Positions 11,652-24,638 of a DNA stretch of 57,450 nucleotides are shown one piece after another. Both the position numbers and the translations under genes were made by a program. The notes below the pieces were generated by a model that was not told the origin of the DNA, searched no databases, and was given only the letters and a program-made list of their open reading frames with translations. How positions within the stretch are numbered: the first letter of the stretch is position 1; the number at the start of each line of letters is the position of its first letter. This DNA is from Catajapyx aquilonaris. Its lineage: Eukaryota. The stretch is from the NCBI GenBank assembly GCA_000934665.2, contig JYFJ02002417.1:1-57450 (forward strand), read 5' to 3'.

Positions 11652-14087
11652 ATGAAGAAGTTAGCTTGGATAAGGTCCTCAAAGCAAAGCGACAACAATG
11701 TTCTCAAGTCATTCAGACCTTTGGGAATATCTGCAAACATTATGGGGATCCTGCCATGGCCTGTAGGAAGCACTGGAAGGTTTAGATTTTGGACAACATT
11801 TATTCACATGCTAGTTTGGGCTGCATTTTTGGTCATTTGCGCCGCGCAGAATCCGCCTGTGTACCAGTATTTGGCCAAATTGCTGACTAATATTCCACCC
11901 ACCCGTTTATGCATAGTTGTTGGTTTTTCAGTAGCCAATTTGTTACGTTGCATGTCAATGCTGACAGTCATTCCTAAGCAGAAGTCTGTGTCTGTCATAT
12001 TGGAAGGGTTGAAACAAGTTGATGCGGAATTGACTTGCAACATTAATGGAAGCGTCGCGGTGTTGATGGTAGCTTTAATGTTGATTACGACATTTGAAGC
12101 ACTTCTCCACTTACATTACGCTCACTCTGTTGCTGTTGGATGGTTAGGCATGACTTTCCACTGGATTCTCTTTCATCTGCATGTCTCTACGGCTGTTGTT
12201 TTGTCCCAGGTCTACTTTTTCGGCCTATCAGTTTTGAAGAGGTTGAAAACCGTGAATTTTGAGATTGCGGAGTGCAGCAAGCACTTGCATCTTTTCCCAT
12301 GGGACGTACAGGAGAAGGATTTGCAGCATGAGAATAAAGGTGCTGAGCTTGGCATATTCAGGGCGGGTCGCATTTTGTTCAAATTGTGGGACGTGACCAA
12401 TAAAGTTGACCAAACGTACGGGTTTAGCCTCCTGACCTTTTACGCTTCAATTGTTTTTGAACTGGTGATGGGCATTTTCATGTGCTTTGAAGAGAGAAGT
12501 GAAATAGTATTTACTCCAGTGCTATTGTTACTGGAAATGGCATTTTCCGTTAAAGTCACCTTGCTGCTTGGAAATATTCCTACCCAGGTAAGTTGCCGTC
12601 CGTCAGAGTTTGACATCGGAGTAAATCATGTTCTATTTTTCAGGCAACTGAGTCGCTAGGTGTGCTTATTGGAATGGGTACAGAGGGTCTCAGCCCGAGA
12701 TGTCAAGTGCAGGTGAATAAAATATTTTTTTAATACAATTGCATGACAGAATATATATATTTTTGGTAATTTTTACTGATTTATTCACGTTTGTCCTGTA
12801 ATACCATTATAGGTATCACAGGACAAGAAAGTGTGGTATTTTGAATCATTAACGAACGTAAAAGAGTCACATTGTTTTACAAATTTATTTTTCAAATATA
12901 AGGTAGGTGTACCGATGGACAGTATCCCAGTGATGGACATCTGAGTCTTGGAACCTAAATAACAAGGAAACGCTGCAATATTGATTGGAAATGAAACATC
13001 TGGCATCATTTCACCAAAGAGTTCTGCTATATTATATATACACCTAGAGGAGGTACTCGGCCTGAAATGTGAGGCAGGCAACAATGCAGGCAACAATATG
13101 ACCTCCAACAAGATGGCGGACGCCTGACATTATTGAACTAATTGTCGCCCAGTTGTCATTATTGGTTGTTGTCCCAGTTGCTGGACAACTGTTAGAACAA
13201 CAATATGACCTCCAACAAGATGGCGGCTGCCTCAGCCTGTCCAATGGAAAAGGATAGGGAGTACCTCCTCTAGGTATTATATTATATAGCAGAACTCTTT
13301 GCATTTCACATCCCTTTGGGGTTGACTGATCGCAACTGATCTCCCATTTTTGCGCTTGAAATAATTGTGCTTTTCTTAGTGGTTTCGGTAAGAGACACGT
13401 AGAATGTAAAACCTTTCATATAAATAAGTGGAAGTGTTACTTCGGGTATTGTGAGTGGAAAATGATACAAATGCTTCAGATTTTCTAAATTTGATGTCCT
13501 TTTGGGTCAATCTGATGTAAAGAAAGGTTTAGCTGGGGTTCCACTTGCATATAAAACATTTTAACGCAAAATTAGCCTGTTTAATGTGGCACGAGTATGC
13601 ATTGCATGAAAGAGCAAGTCTCGACGATCCGAAGGATATTTTTTTCAAGGAATTCTTAAACCAATTCGCTTGGAAAGAATGTCCGACGTTTGTTTCCTTA
13701 ACGTGTCCATCACTGGGACACTTACCTTAGTACATAAATTAAACGTGATAATATTTGGACTATCATGACTTCAATGTTGTATTATACATTAGCCTCTTAT
13801 GTATACCTTCTTGCAGATACAAGCTCTAATTCGGAAAATGAGTGGACCGCCTATGCAGATTACAGCAGCCAAGTTTTTCGTCGTCAACAGTGGCCTTTTA
13901 CAATCTGTACGTTTCTCACTGGCCTATTCATTAGAAGAATAGATTATTATGCTTATCATACTTTGACAATAATTAATATTCTCTCTCACGTCAGATACTA
14001 GGTGCCGTGGCTACCAATCTCATCATCCTGGCTCAATTCAAGGCTTCCTTTCCTATTTCTGATTCACCTCCCCTGCCGCCCTTATAG
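11652..14087 (+). CDS. Gustatory receptor GR-b
   Basis: Exons 11652-12587, 12644-12712, 13817-13906 and 13995-14087, all phase 0. C-terminus 'ITAAKFFVVNSGLLQSILGAVATNLIILAQF'; the last residues derive from an insertion (see findings). Confidence 0.88.
13015..13301. mobile_element. MITE with ~45-bp terminal inverted repeats and 8-bp TSD (P- or hAT-type non-autonomous element)
   Basis: Ends CAAAGAGTTCTGCTATA...CCTAGAGGAGGTACTC and GAGTACCTCCTCTAGG...TATAGCAGAACTCTTTG. The direct repeat CATTTCAC lies at 13007-13014 and 13302-13309. Confidence 0.85.
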
Positions 14088-14357
14088 GCAGTTGAGATCC
14101 GCCGTCTCCCCCCCCCNCCCCCCCACCTCAATTCAATATTTCTCTCGTTGAGTGTTCTCCTTCATTTCATTTTATTTTATTTAAAAGTGTATATTTCACA
14201 TTATGGGAGCCCCAGCAGGGAGGCCGCCTTTGGGTTTTCTGCGTGGTAGCAAATCCGGCGCTGGGAATCCCCCGGCCAAAATTGTGAATTTTTAAATGAT
14301 TTCGCCTTTATTTACCCATTTAAAAAAATATTTATTGCAACTCGCGGCCGGCGTTGG
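14055..14357. mobile_element. ~300-bp insertion with 9-bp target-site duplication inside the last exon of GR-b
   Basis: TCCTTTCCT occurs at 14046-14054 and 14358-14366. The sequence after the second copy resumes alignment with the GR-c last exon. Confidence 0.75.
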
Positions 14358-14579
14358 TCCTTTCCTGAGGATAAGAAAATGACTTCTTGCCAGTAATTTG
14401 GCACTTTGTCGTGCATGTGGTAATTTATTATTATAAATATAGAAATATTATAAATGTAAAGTTGTCAGTGCACCATATACGCGTAATTATCAGTTGTTGG
14501 AGTATGTGATTGAAAACATTTAGTAAGCGCTTCCCTGTTCAATTTCACTTCTTTCTTTGTTCTTGAAATACATTTCATG

Positions 14580-14712
14580 GGTCCTGATCAGAGTGGTCAA
14601 AGACGAAGGGTTCACACCCCAATACGCGAGACTATAGGACCACACGCACCGTACTCACCTACATTTTCTTCGAGCAAATGAACACACTGTACCAAAATTA
14701 TGTGCGAGATGA
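14580..14712 (+). pseudogene. Degenerate partial copy of the last exon of carrier 1
   Basis: GTCCTGATCAGAGTGGTCAAAGA...CCGTACTCACCTACATTTTCTTCGAGCAAATG matches 11290-11439, with a 21-bp deletion between two AAGGGTTC repeats and small insertions. Confidence 0.85.
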
Positions 14713-14932
14713 ATCGGATAAAAATTATGATTGTGACGAACATGGAGCAAATCGATCAATGTTTCACTTTATGAGATGACATGGCTCCACCCGTTCCCCT
14801 GTGTGCTCAAGTAGGCATATAAATCAACTTAAAATATGGTCATATTATGGGTGATTGTTATCGACAACTGGAAGCGTCCTACTTGCCCTTGGACACTCAT
14901 TCGTTGTCCAAAGCACACAGTGAGCCGGTACC

Positions 14933-16568
14933 ATGAAGAAGTTAGCTTGGCTTAGGTTGTCAGGTCAAGACAACAACAATGTTGTCAACTCATTCAGACC
15001 TTTTGGAATAGCAGCAAACATTGTGGGGCTCATGCCATGGCCTGTCGGAAGCACTGGAAGGTTTAGATTTTGGACAGCATTTATTCACATGCTAGTTTGG
15101 GCTGCATTTTTGGTCATTTGCGCCGCGCAGGATCCGCCTGTGTACCAATATTTGGACAAACTGTTGTCCGGTTTGCCACCTATCGCTCTATGCACTATTC
15201 TTGGTTATGTAGCAGGCAATATCTTACGTTGTATGACAGTTATAGCCGTAATTCCAAAGCAAAAGTCTATATCAGCCATACTGAACGGGATGACACAAGT
15301 TGATGCGGAATTGCCTTGCAACATTAAGGGAAGCGTCGTGATGATTTTGGCAGCGTTAATGTTGCTTACAATATTTAAAGCACTTGTCAACTTACATTAC
15401 CCTCACTCCGTTGCTGTTGGATGGTTAGGCATGATTTTCCAGTGGATTCTCTTTCATCTGCATGTCTGTACGGCTCTTGTTTTGTCCCAGGTCTACTATT
15501 TCGGCCTGTCAGTTTTGAAGAGGTTGGAAACCGTGAATTTTGAGATTGCGGAGTGCAGCAAGCACTTGCATCTTTTCCCATGGGACGTACAGGAGAAGGA
15601 TCTGCAGCATGAAAGTGAAGGCGCTGAGATGGGCATATTCAGGGCTGGTCGCATTTTGTTCAAATTGTTTGATGTAACCAAGAAGGTTGACCAAACGTAC
15701 GGGTTTAGCCTCCTGACCTTTTACGCCTCAATTGTTTTTGAACTGGTCATGAACATTTTCATGTGCTTTGACGAGATAAGTGATAGGGTATTTACTCCGG
15801 TACTCTTGTTATTAGAAATAGCATTTTCTGTTAAACTCACCTTGCTCCTTGGAAATATTCCTACCCAGGTAAGTTGCCGTCAGTCAGAGTGTGACTTCGG
15901 ATTAATTATTTTCTGTTTATTTATTTTTGCAGGCAACAGAGTCCCTAGATGTGCTCATTGGAATGCGTGTAGACGGTCTCGGCCCGCAATGCCAAGCGCA
16001 GGTCACTTGAGTATTTTTCACGTATTCTACGATTATTGTCGTATTTCATTGGCTTTTTTACGGATTTGTTAACTTGGTATAATTTTCCGTCATACTGTTA
16101 TACGCGTAGTGTGGTATTTTGTATGATTGTTATTTCGGTTTAATGCAAGTTTCACGATGTTTACAAAATAATATCTTTGACCACTAATAGACTACTGTAG
16201 CTACATGAATTAAACGTGATAATATTTTACTGCTAGGACTAACATGACTTTAATACCGTATTATAATATTCATTCGGTCTCTTGAGGTCAATTATACTGA
16301 TTAATTCCTGTTTTGCAGATACAAGCTCTAATTCATAAAATGAGTGGACCCCCAATACAGATTACAGCAGCCAAGTTTTTCGTCGTCAACAGTGGCCTTT
16401 TACAATCTGTACGTTTCTCATTGGCCTAATGAGATTATCCTGATCATACTTTGACAATATTATTCTCTCTCACATCAGATACTGGGTGCGGTGGCTACCA
16501 ATCTCATCATCCTAGCTCAGTTCAAGGCCTCCTTTTCTGAGGAAACAAAAATGGCTTCTAACCAGTAA
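14933..16568 (+). CDS. Gustatory receptor GR-c (tandem paralog of GR-b)
   Basis: Exons 14933-15868, 15933-16001, 16319-16408 and 16479-16568. Ends 'ILGAVATNLIILAQFKASFSEETKMASNQ*' and is highly similar to GR-b. Confidence 0.9.
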
Positions 16569-17423
16569 TGGGACACTTTACCGCTCATATATTATTATTA
16601 TTATTATGAGACAAGCACAATAATATTGTTAGTGCACCATAATGAGCATATGTTGGAATAAATGGCTCTAAACATTATTATTAAGCACTTCTGTGTTCAG
16701 TTCACTGCTGGAATGTTTCTGAATTATGGAATAAGCTCATATGTACAGTATAAATAAACGTGAATTTCAGGAACGCATTGATGGTCATGTTACATGGCTG
16801 TAACCAGCTCATTCTCCCACAGCGCCCACAGACTCATAATTTCCTAATGGCCTAATAAATCGTTACGTCCTACATCATTTTCAACAAAGCAACCTTCTTC
16901 GACCGCGGAATGTTAGCTGCTGGATCACAATCTCCTCCCAATGTCAGTCACACTTTGTTGAGGTCGCATGCCGTGTACGGATAATATAAAATGGCACATG
17001 ATCACGCCTCTGACTTTGCTACAGCAACCTTCTCTTCTGATGGATTAGATTGACATTTGCGAGCTGGTCGGGATTTTGAATAATTCAAACTCACTTCAAT
17101 TTTTTTTTACCGTGTTGGAGTATTATATGGATATATAACGAGGTTTTGTGAGCTTCAACCCCAAAAGGTATAGCAATGGAAGACTCGCATCCTTCGACTT
17201 GTATGTGCTTTTTAAATATTTATAATGAAAATTTACAACGCATGTAAGGTGTGGTGCTATTAGATATCGACGTAATCGCGCCCTTAATTCAGCGATATTG
17301 ACTTAGTTTGATGACGTAATCCAAATCGATAAGACCACGCCTATTTGACTATAGAGCATGGTAAATATTTACATTGAGGGCTAGAAAATTCAGTGGGCAA
17401 GAGATTGTCTCTAGATTCAAGCC

Positions 17424-18976
17424 ATGGCGAAAGTGTCTTGCAATTCCTTCGAAAAAGAAGAGTATGTGGATTTTGCCACTGTTTTCAAGCCATTGGAAGT
17501 GATTTCAAAAATTGTAGGACTTATACCATGGAACTATCAGCTTTTCAAAAGATTCAGTTGGCCAGTGTTGAACTCAATTGTTTACACATTGTTGCTGGTT
17601 GTGGTGTTCGCCATAAGCGCTTTTGACCAACCTGCGTCATTTATGTTGAATTCGGATCATTCAACGACGAAGTATGCAGGAGCTGCAGTTTTCATATCAT
17701 TTTTCGTGAGTTGCACTGCAATTCTCTGGATGATCGCAAGGTACAAGTCGGTTAGAGAAATTGTAGAAGAACTGTCCTGCCTCGATTCAGCCATGGAATG
17801 GGAAGTAAACAAGAAAATGAAACGTACAGGAAACATTCTCGCCGCGTTTTCTGTGTTTGTATACTTCGGCTACGTACTGGCTCATTTGCTTCTTCTAGAT
17901 TGCAGCAAATTTACTAACGTCAATTATGGGCTCTTAGTCAGTCACATTAACTTTGGTAATAGCATTTTGGCGAGCCAGGCCATACTATTCGCAACTTCTG
18001 TGTGGAAGAGGATGGAAGTGATTAATTATAATATTAAAGAGTTTTGCGTCAAGTATCGTTTGTTGTCTGTAAATGACGAGAGCAAAATTCGGCAAAGAAA
18101 GATGGAAAAAGATATTGGCATGTTAGTCAGCCTGTACTTCAAACTCTGCGATGTGGTCAGGATGATAGAAAAAGTGTATGGATTATTCATTATCGTATAC
18201 ATAGCTTCATACATTGCGGAAGTAACTAGCAGTATTTACTATGGCATATACGTGATTTCAAATCAGCCGTCAAAAATTTATATTGCAATCAACGTTTTTA
18301 TAATTAGTTTCCATTCACTATTCACTATGGCCTTAATTTTTGCAATTGCAAAAATTCCACAGAAGGTAAGCCTCATTCATTTAATTACCTTTTTCTGACT
18401 TATCATAAATTTATACTATAAGAACACACTAAATATTAAAATAATGGCTAACAATTTTTTTAAATTTTATCACAGAACACTGGAATAATATTATTCACTT
18501 CTTTATAGGCATCTGCATCTCTTGACAGTCTACTACAAGTATGTCTACTTGACATCAGTCCTGAATGCAGAGTACAGGTAAACTTAAATCAGAACAGTGT
18601 TTTATTATATTCAATTATAAAATAATACGTATACAATTGCATTATTAGTATGTTATGATTTATGATAATCAATTTTATAGGTTCAAACACTGGTGACGAA
18701 ACTGTCTGGCTCTCCCGTCCAAGTCACTGCGTCTGATTTCTTTGCCATCAATCATGGACTGCTCACCACTGTGAGTTACAATTGGTTTTGGCATACCGCG
18801 CGATACTCTGTAGTAAAGAAAGGGTGTCGTGATTTATTATGATAACCTAACAGCTTTTCTCACAATAGATTGCTGGAGCAGTCGCAACCTATCTCATTGT
18901 GTTGGTGCAGTTCAAGAGTTCAGAACCTGCAAAATGCATCTGTAACATCACTTCACAGCACGAATCCAGCACATAG
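17424..18976 (+). CDS. Gustatory receptor GR-d
   Basis: Exons 17424-18365, 18509-18577, 18681-18770 and 18869-18976. C-terminal 'VTASDFFAINHGLLTTIAGAVATYLIVLVQF'. Confidence 0.92.
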
Positions 18977-19718
18977 CCTCTGCTTCACTGTCGTGTCTTC
19001 AGCACCATCGCTTGCAGATTTTAATCAACATTTTCCATTGCACTTTGCAGTCCCAAGTTTATTGTAATGTGTTTCGTCAATCACGTTAAAGATTTCTTGG
19101 TGTGACTTCATAAGCATATTGACGTATAGGCTCAAATTCTATGCGATCAGATTAGTCAGCTTTTTTTTGATGTTATTGGATGGCTATGCACCACAGTGTT
19201 TGATGGACTAATGAAAATCATTAAGGTGGTAATAAAAGCGAGCAGTCCATCACTTTTGGCATTTGCATTATTGTTGGAAGTATAGATTAATCCAGAAATT
19301 CATAAGTCCATACCTATACCGCCACTCACCAGTAGTTGATGCGACAATGCCTATAAATCATGTTATTGTTTTCTGGCCTCTACATTGTAGACGAATGATG
19401 CCAGGTCAGGCTTCAATAAAACGACATAAATTGTCAAAATCGACCACACCTTTGTTTATCGATACCGAATATACTCTCTTGAGAGAACGGAGATTGATGG
19501 TTATATTTTAGTCTTCGAAAATTATTCAGTCTTGTATAAACTGCGGTAGAGATGAGATGGTCTGCACTTTGTTACCCGTTTGTAGACCATTATTAACGTT
19601 TTACATTTTAATGTGCTACATTGATAATATTATGTTCATAATTTTTAAAATATTTCTGTAATTGGCCATATCCTGGTGAAGCTCACGAAGGACACTGCAT
19701 AACTTGAACTGTCTGAAC

Positions 19719-20970
19719 ATGGATCGACAGGCAGGGATTGGTGGTTGGACTGGAAAAACCTCCCTAGTTCTTCGCATCCGGAAAGTACTGGTCACCTGCA
19801 AAATTCTAGGTGCCATGCCAGTTAAGAACGTCTTGTCCTGCCACGGTGGACCTTTTCTCACGCGATTTCCTTGTGTTGAAAACCTGTGGTCATTGGTGTT
19901 GGCCTCGGTGGTCATGGCCTGTGTTTGGAATCAACACTCAATACTGCTGCTGGTCCTTGAGAATCATTGGATTGACCGATTTTCACTCCTCTTTTATCGC
20001 GTCTTCAGCAGTGTCACTTTCCTGGGTAACCTTGTGCTGATGACCTTCGCCGCCAGAGGAGGATGTCGAATCATGATCAAACTAGAAGCCGCAATGAAAC
20101 ATGTGCTGTCGTCTGATGACTCCAGGAAATTGGACACTCGCGTGTTCTGCATCATTCTGACTGTTTCATTTGCTTATGGTTCACTCGCCTTCCGGGAGGG
20201 ACATGATGTTCAATTGGTGATGCATCACATAGGAACCGCTGTGGTGGAAACGATCAACTTTTCATGCCTGGCCATAGTGACCCTGCTGTCACTGCTAACG
20301 TCTGCCATGTTTCGCAATATTAACAGCCGGATTCGCACTATCTGCTTACACCAATCGCAGCATGGCATGCCTCTGACCCAGTTAGAAAAGTGCTCCCATC
20401 TGCATTCGGTCGTTTCCAAAATTGCGAATTGCATCAGCAGCGATTACGGGCCTGTAATGGTACTTAATTATTGCGACATGACCATCTGCACTGTGTCGCT
20501 GACTTACGTGCTGATTGGAGATCTGCTGGACAAACAGTACTGGTATATTCCGTCGGATGTCATCAGAATTGTGCTAGTTATTGTTCGGTTCATTTGGGTG
20601 ACTTACGCTATCGGAACGGTCTCTCAGGAGGTGAGTATGAAGTGTTTATTTTCTTTGCACAACTGATGGTCAATCTTTTTGTGCCAGGCCAACACCTCTC
20701 TGTTGGATCTGGAGCAAGTCAGCATGAGAAGTCTGGACCACGACTGCCGACGTGAAATCCGATCTTTAATTCGGAAGTTGTCTGCAGTCAATCATGGAAT
20801 TACTGCAGCCGGTTTCTTCAGCATCAATCGCACACTCATTATTACAGTTAACTATACTTTTTCTGTTACATTTGGCATACTGTAATCAACTGTTGGTCCT
20901 ATCATTGCAGGTTGGTGGAGCTATAGTGTCATACATGGTGATCATGCTCCAGTTCAAGATTAGTGATTAA
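19719..20970 (+). CDS. Gustatory receptor GR-e (2-intron subfamily)
   Basis: Exons 19719-20630, 20688-20846 and 20911-20970. C-terminus 'ITAAGFFSINRTLIITVGGAIVSYMVIMLQFKISD*'. Confidence 0.9.
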
Positions 20971-21644
20971 TAGAGCCGATCTCCAGGCAGACCTAAAATG
21001 TCCACATTTCTGATAAGCACGTGACATTTTCTGAATTCCGTGCGATGAAAGTCGCTGAATCACGACCATTTTATTTGATTGTCTTCTTGAGTTGAATTCC
21101 TTTATTGAGTGATAAAAGTTACATAACCAAAGTACACCCATTTTCGGCTTCAACCTTGAAGCTTAAATTCATGCGATATGGGATAGAAAATCTTTAAGTT
21201 ACGCAATAAATAGGAGTGATCTGAAATCTATACCAAACGTGTTTCATGCTATGAAAATTATGCCCTTGGGCTAGTGCAATCATTAAAATATGACATCGTT
21301 CGCACGGAAGGATGTTGCTGGTACAACAACGGACACCGACGCACTTTATAGATTGTTTGGACCTTTACAAAAAGTTTTCATTTTGATGGATTAGAAGCTG
21401 TCTGTACAGCAATAGGCCGCCATTTGAGACTAAAGGAATAATTGATTACATGAGGATTAGATTATGCTTGCGCAAACTCTGGACATGTGTGTTCATGGCA
21501 ACGAGCCACACCCTTGTCACTCGATAATAGAAACCTGAGAGCGGCGTGTGCCATTAGAGGAAAGATTGACGTCGGAGTAACAGTACTTGACACTGAAAGC
21601 CTGAAAGTGCGATTCGCTTAATTGAACAGTATGACCTACTGAAA

Positions 21645-22942
21645 ATGAAGAAAACGAAAGAAATTGGTAGTTTCTGCACTGAAAAGCCATCACAAGTGCT
21701 TAGCATCCGGAAAGTTCTTGTCACCTGCAAAGTTCTAGGTGTGATGCCAGTGAAGAACGTTTTGTCCGGACAGGGTGGACAATTTCGCACTCATTTTCCT
21801 TGTGTTGAAAACTTGTGGTCACTCGTGCTGTCATGGGTGATTCTGGCCTGTGTCTGGGATTATCACGCAGTGTCGCTAATGGTGAACGAGCATCACTGGA
21901 TCGACCGATTTGCCTTAATCACCTATAACCTTTTCATTAGTGTTACTCTTGTAATCAACCTCGTTCTGATGATCCTCGCTGCCAGAGGATGTTGCCGAAT
22001 CATGAGCCAAATGGAAACCGCAATGAAACACGCGCTGTCGACTGAAGATTGCAGGAAATTGGACACTCAAGTTTTCTGCATCGTACTGATCGTTTTATTT
22101 GTGTATTGCGCAACACTTCTTGAAAATTTTGGACTGTATTATGTCGTGCACCATGTCGGAGCCGCTCTGGTGGAAACAGCCAACTTTTCATGCCTGGCTA
22201 TTGTTGCACTGCTGTCACTGCTAACTTCAGCTATGTTTCGCAACATAAACAGCCGGATTCGCACATTATGCAAACTCCAATCGCAGCATGGCGTGAGTCT
22301 GAACGAGCTAGAAAAATGCTCCCATCTACATTCAGTAATTGCCAAAATCGCGAATTGCATCAGCAGCGAGTACGGGCCTGTAATGGTACTCAATTATTGC
22401 GACATGACCATCTGCATGGTGTTGCTGCCATACGTGCTAATTGGAGACTTGATTGACCAGAAAAGCTGGTACATTTCTGGGAACATACTTAGAATAGTGG
22501 GCGTAATTTTTCGGTTCATTTGGGTGACTTACGCTATTGGGAGCGTCTCGCAAGAGGTGAGTAGACATCTCAACAAATTAAATCAGTAATATTTCTACAA
22601 GCAGAGTTCCTCACTTGTCTCATCATGCGTGTAAAATCAAATTTTTTGTGCAGGCCAACACCTCTCTGTTGGATCTGGAGCAAATCAGCATGAGAAGTCT
22701 GCACCACGACTGCAGACGTGAAATGCAAAATTTAATTCGCAAGTTGTCTGCAGCCAATCAGGGAATTACAGCTGCCGGTTTCTTCAGCATCAATCGCCCA
22801 CTCATTATTACGGTATTTATAACTGCTTTTTTTGTTACATTATTTTGGTTGTACAGTACCATAATGACTTATAACATTGCAGGTTGGTGGAGCCATAGTG
22901 ACGTACATGGTGATCATGGTCCAGTTCAAGATTAGTGATTAA
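21645..22942 (+). CDS. Gustatory receptor GR-f (2-intron subfamily)
   Basis: Exons 21645-22556, 22654-22812 and 22883-22942. C-terminus 'VGGAIVTYMVIMVQFKISD*'. Confidence 0.9.
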
Positions 22943-23207
22943 ATAAAATATTTCTGACACATTCACTCACGTACAGTACAAGAATGCATTTCTCTAAACC
23001 TTTTGCTAGGTAACAGACATAACCGTAAGAAGTCATTATTGCAATTATAAATTATTGCAGACCGTCCCTTAGGTACAAATTTTACCTTTTTCAGCACATA
23101 AATTTCGGTACTTATTTTTTTTCCGGCAGCCAAATCCATTCTATAAAAATGATCAAGTAACGAGACCTGGCAGCTAATCTGGAAAAAATCTCCCGGTTCG
23201 TCGGACT

Positions 23208-24638
23208 ATGAGAAATCCATCAATAAGTGAAGACAGATCAGGAAAACAGGTAGTACTTCCAAGCTACGCCAAGTTTATCTGCCCGTCAAGTTATTTAATA
23301 CCAACATGTTGTGCTGGTGGAGGACGACACGGAAAACCCTCAATTCCCTACCATGTCAAGTTTATCGTTGGAGGACTTTCAGGGTAAGACTATTGCAAGA
23401 ATTTTTCAAACTAATTTTTAAACAAGTCTTTGTAATATGCCGCAGCATGGGAGCAACCTTGGTCCTCCAGCCGTTGGAACTGGTCAAGAACTGGATGCAG
23501 CTGAGCGGAGAAGGCACAAACGCCAAGCCCTCCGGAGTGCTCGCCACAGCGTCCCAGATCATGTCAACGGACGGTTGGAGAGGCTTCTACCACGGAATGT
23601 CTGCTGGTCTTTTCCGACAGGCCACATACACCTCTACCAGGATAGGTATATACTCTCTTCTGCACGACATGGCCACCAGCATCAGAGGTCAGCCACCTCC
23701 ATTTGCGGCCAAAGTCATGTTCGGGATCATCGGAGGAGCCGTGGGTGCAGCAGCTGGGACACCAGCAGACGTGTGTCTTATCCGGATCACATCTGACCAC
23801 AGGCTGCCTCCTGCTCAGAGGAGGAATTACACCGGAGTGTTCAACGCCTTGAGTAGGATAATTAGAGAGGAAGGCTTCACGACACTGTGGTCCGGAATCT
23901 ACCCGACAATGGGAAGGGCCATGGTTGTCAACGGGTTTCAGCTGTCAACGTATTCTGAAGCGAAACATCAGCTGGCACGTACAGGTATTGACCAGATCCA
24001 GATTGACAATTCTATGAAATCTGTACAGTGTTGGACCGTTGTCGTTTTTATTGGTGGCACCACGAGCCGTTGGCGCCAAAAGAATTAATGGAATTGGCTG
24101 CTAATTCGTCACTTCGATTCGCTCTATTGCTGCCATCGTCTCATGTCACCACCAGTACGACACCTTTTCCGTATACAGTACATAAAGAACACAGAAATCA
24201 CTGTTTTAATTAATCTCAGGTATCTTTACGGATGGACTGGTGCTTTATATTGTGAGCAGCATGATATCTGGTTGGATCACATCCATAGTGTCACTACCGA
24301 TTGATATGGCCAAGACAAGGTAGGCCTATTGTATTTAAACATATTTTAATGTTCATGCTACCATTTTAAATTGATCAGCATATACTAGTCCTCGTTTTTC
24401 CAATCAAGTGATTGTTATTTGCAGGATACAAAACACGACGTGTCCTGCATCAGGAAGGCCGATTTACAAGAATACCTCCGATGTAGTGCTTAAAGTTATT
24501 AACACGGAAGGATTCTTCTCGCTCTGGAAAGGATTCTCTCCATATTACGTGAGATTGGGTCCACAATCTGTGCTCATTGCCATCTTATATGAGAAGATGG
24601 CCACGGCTTACCAAATGTGCTGCAATAACAAAGGATGA
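23208..24638 (+). CDS. SLC25A11: Mitochondrial 2-oxoglutarate/malate carrier-like protein, paralog 2
   Basis: Exons 23208-23383, 23446-23984, 24220-24319 and 24425-24638, with the same intron positions and phases as paralog 1. Motifs KFIVGGLSGMGATLVLQP, RQATYTSTRIG, GTPADVCLIR, SLPIDMAKTRIQ and SLWKGFSPYYVRLGPQ. Confidence 0.88.

Noticed and set aside
23306..23445. ORF-track start MLCWWRTT for carrier 2
   Set aside because: It is out of frame with the conserved KFIVGGLSG segment and runs through the intron.
24020..24182. Weak inverted similarity at the ends of a carrier 2 intron segment
   Set aside because: Too degenerate, with no TSD I can support.
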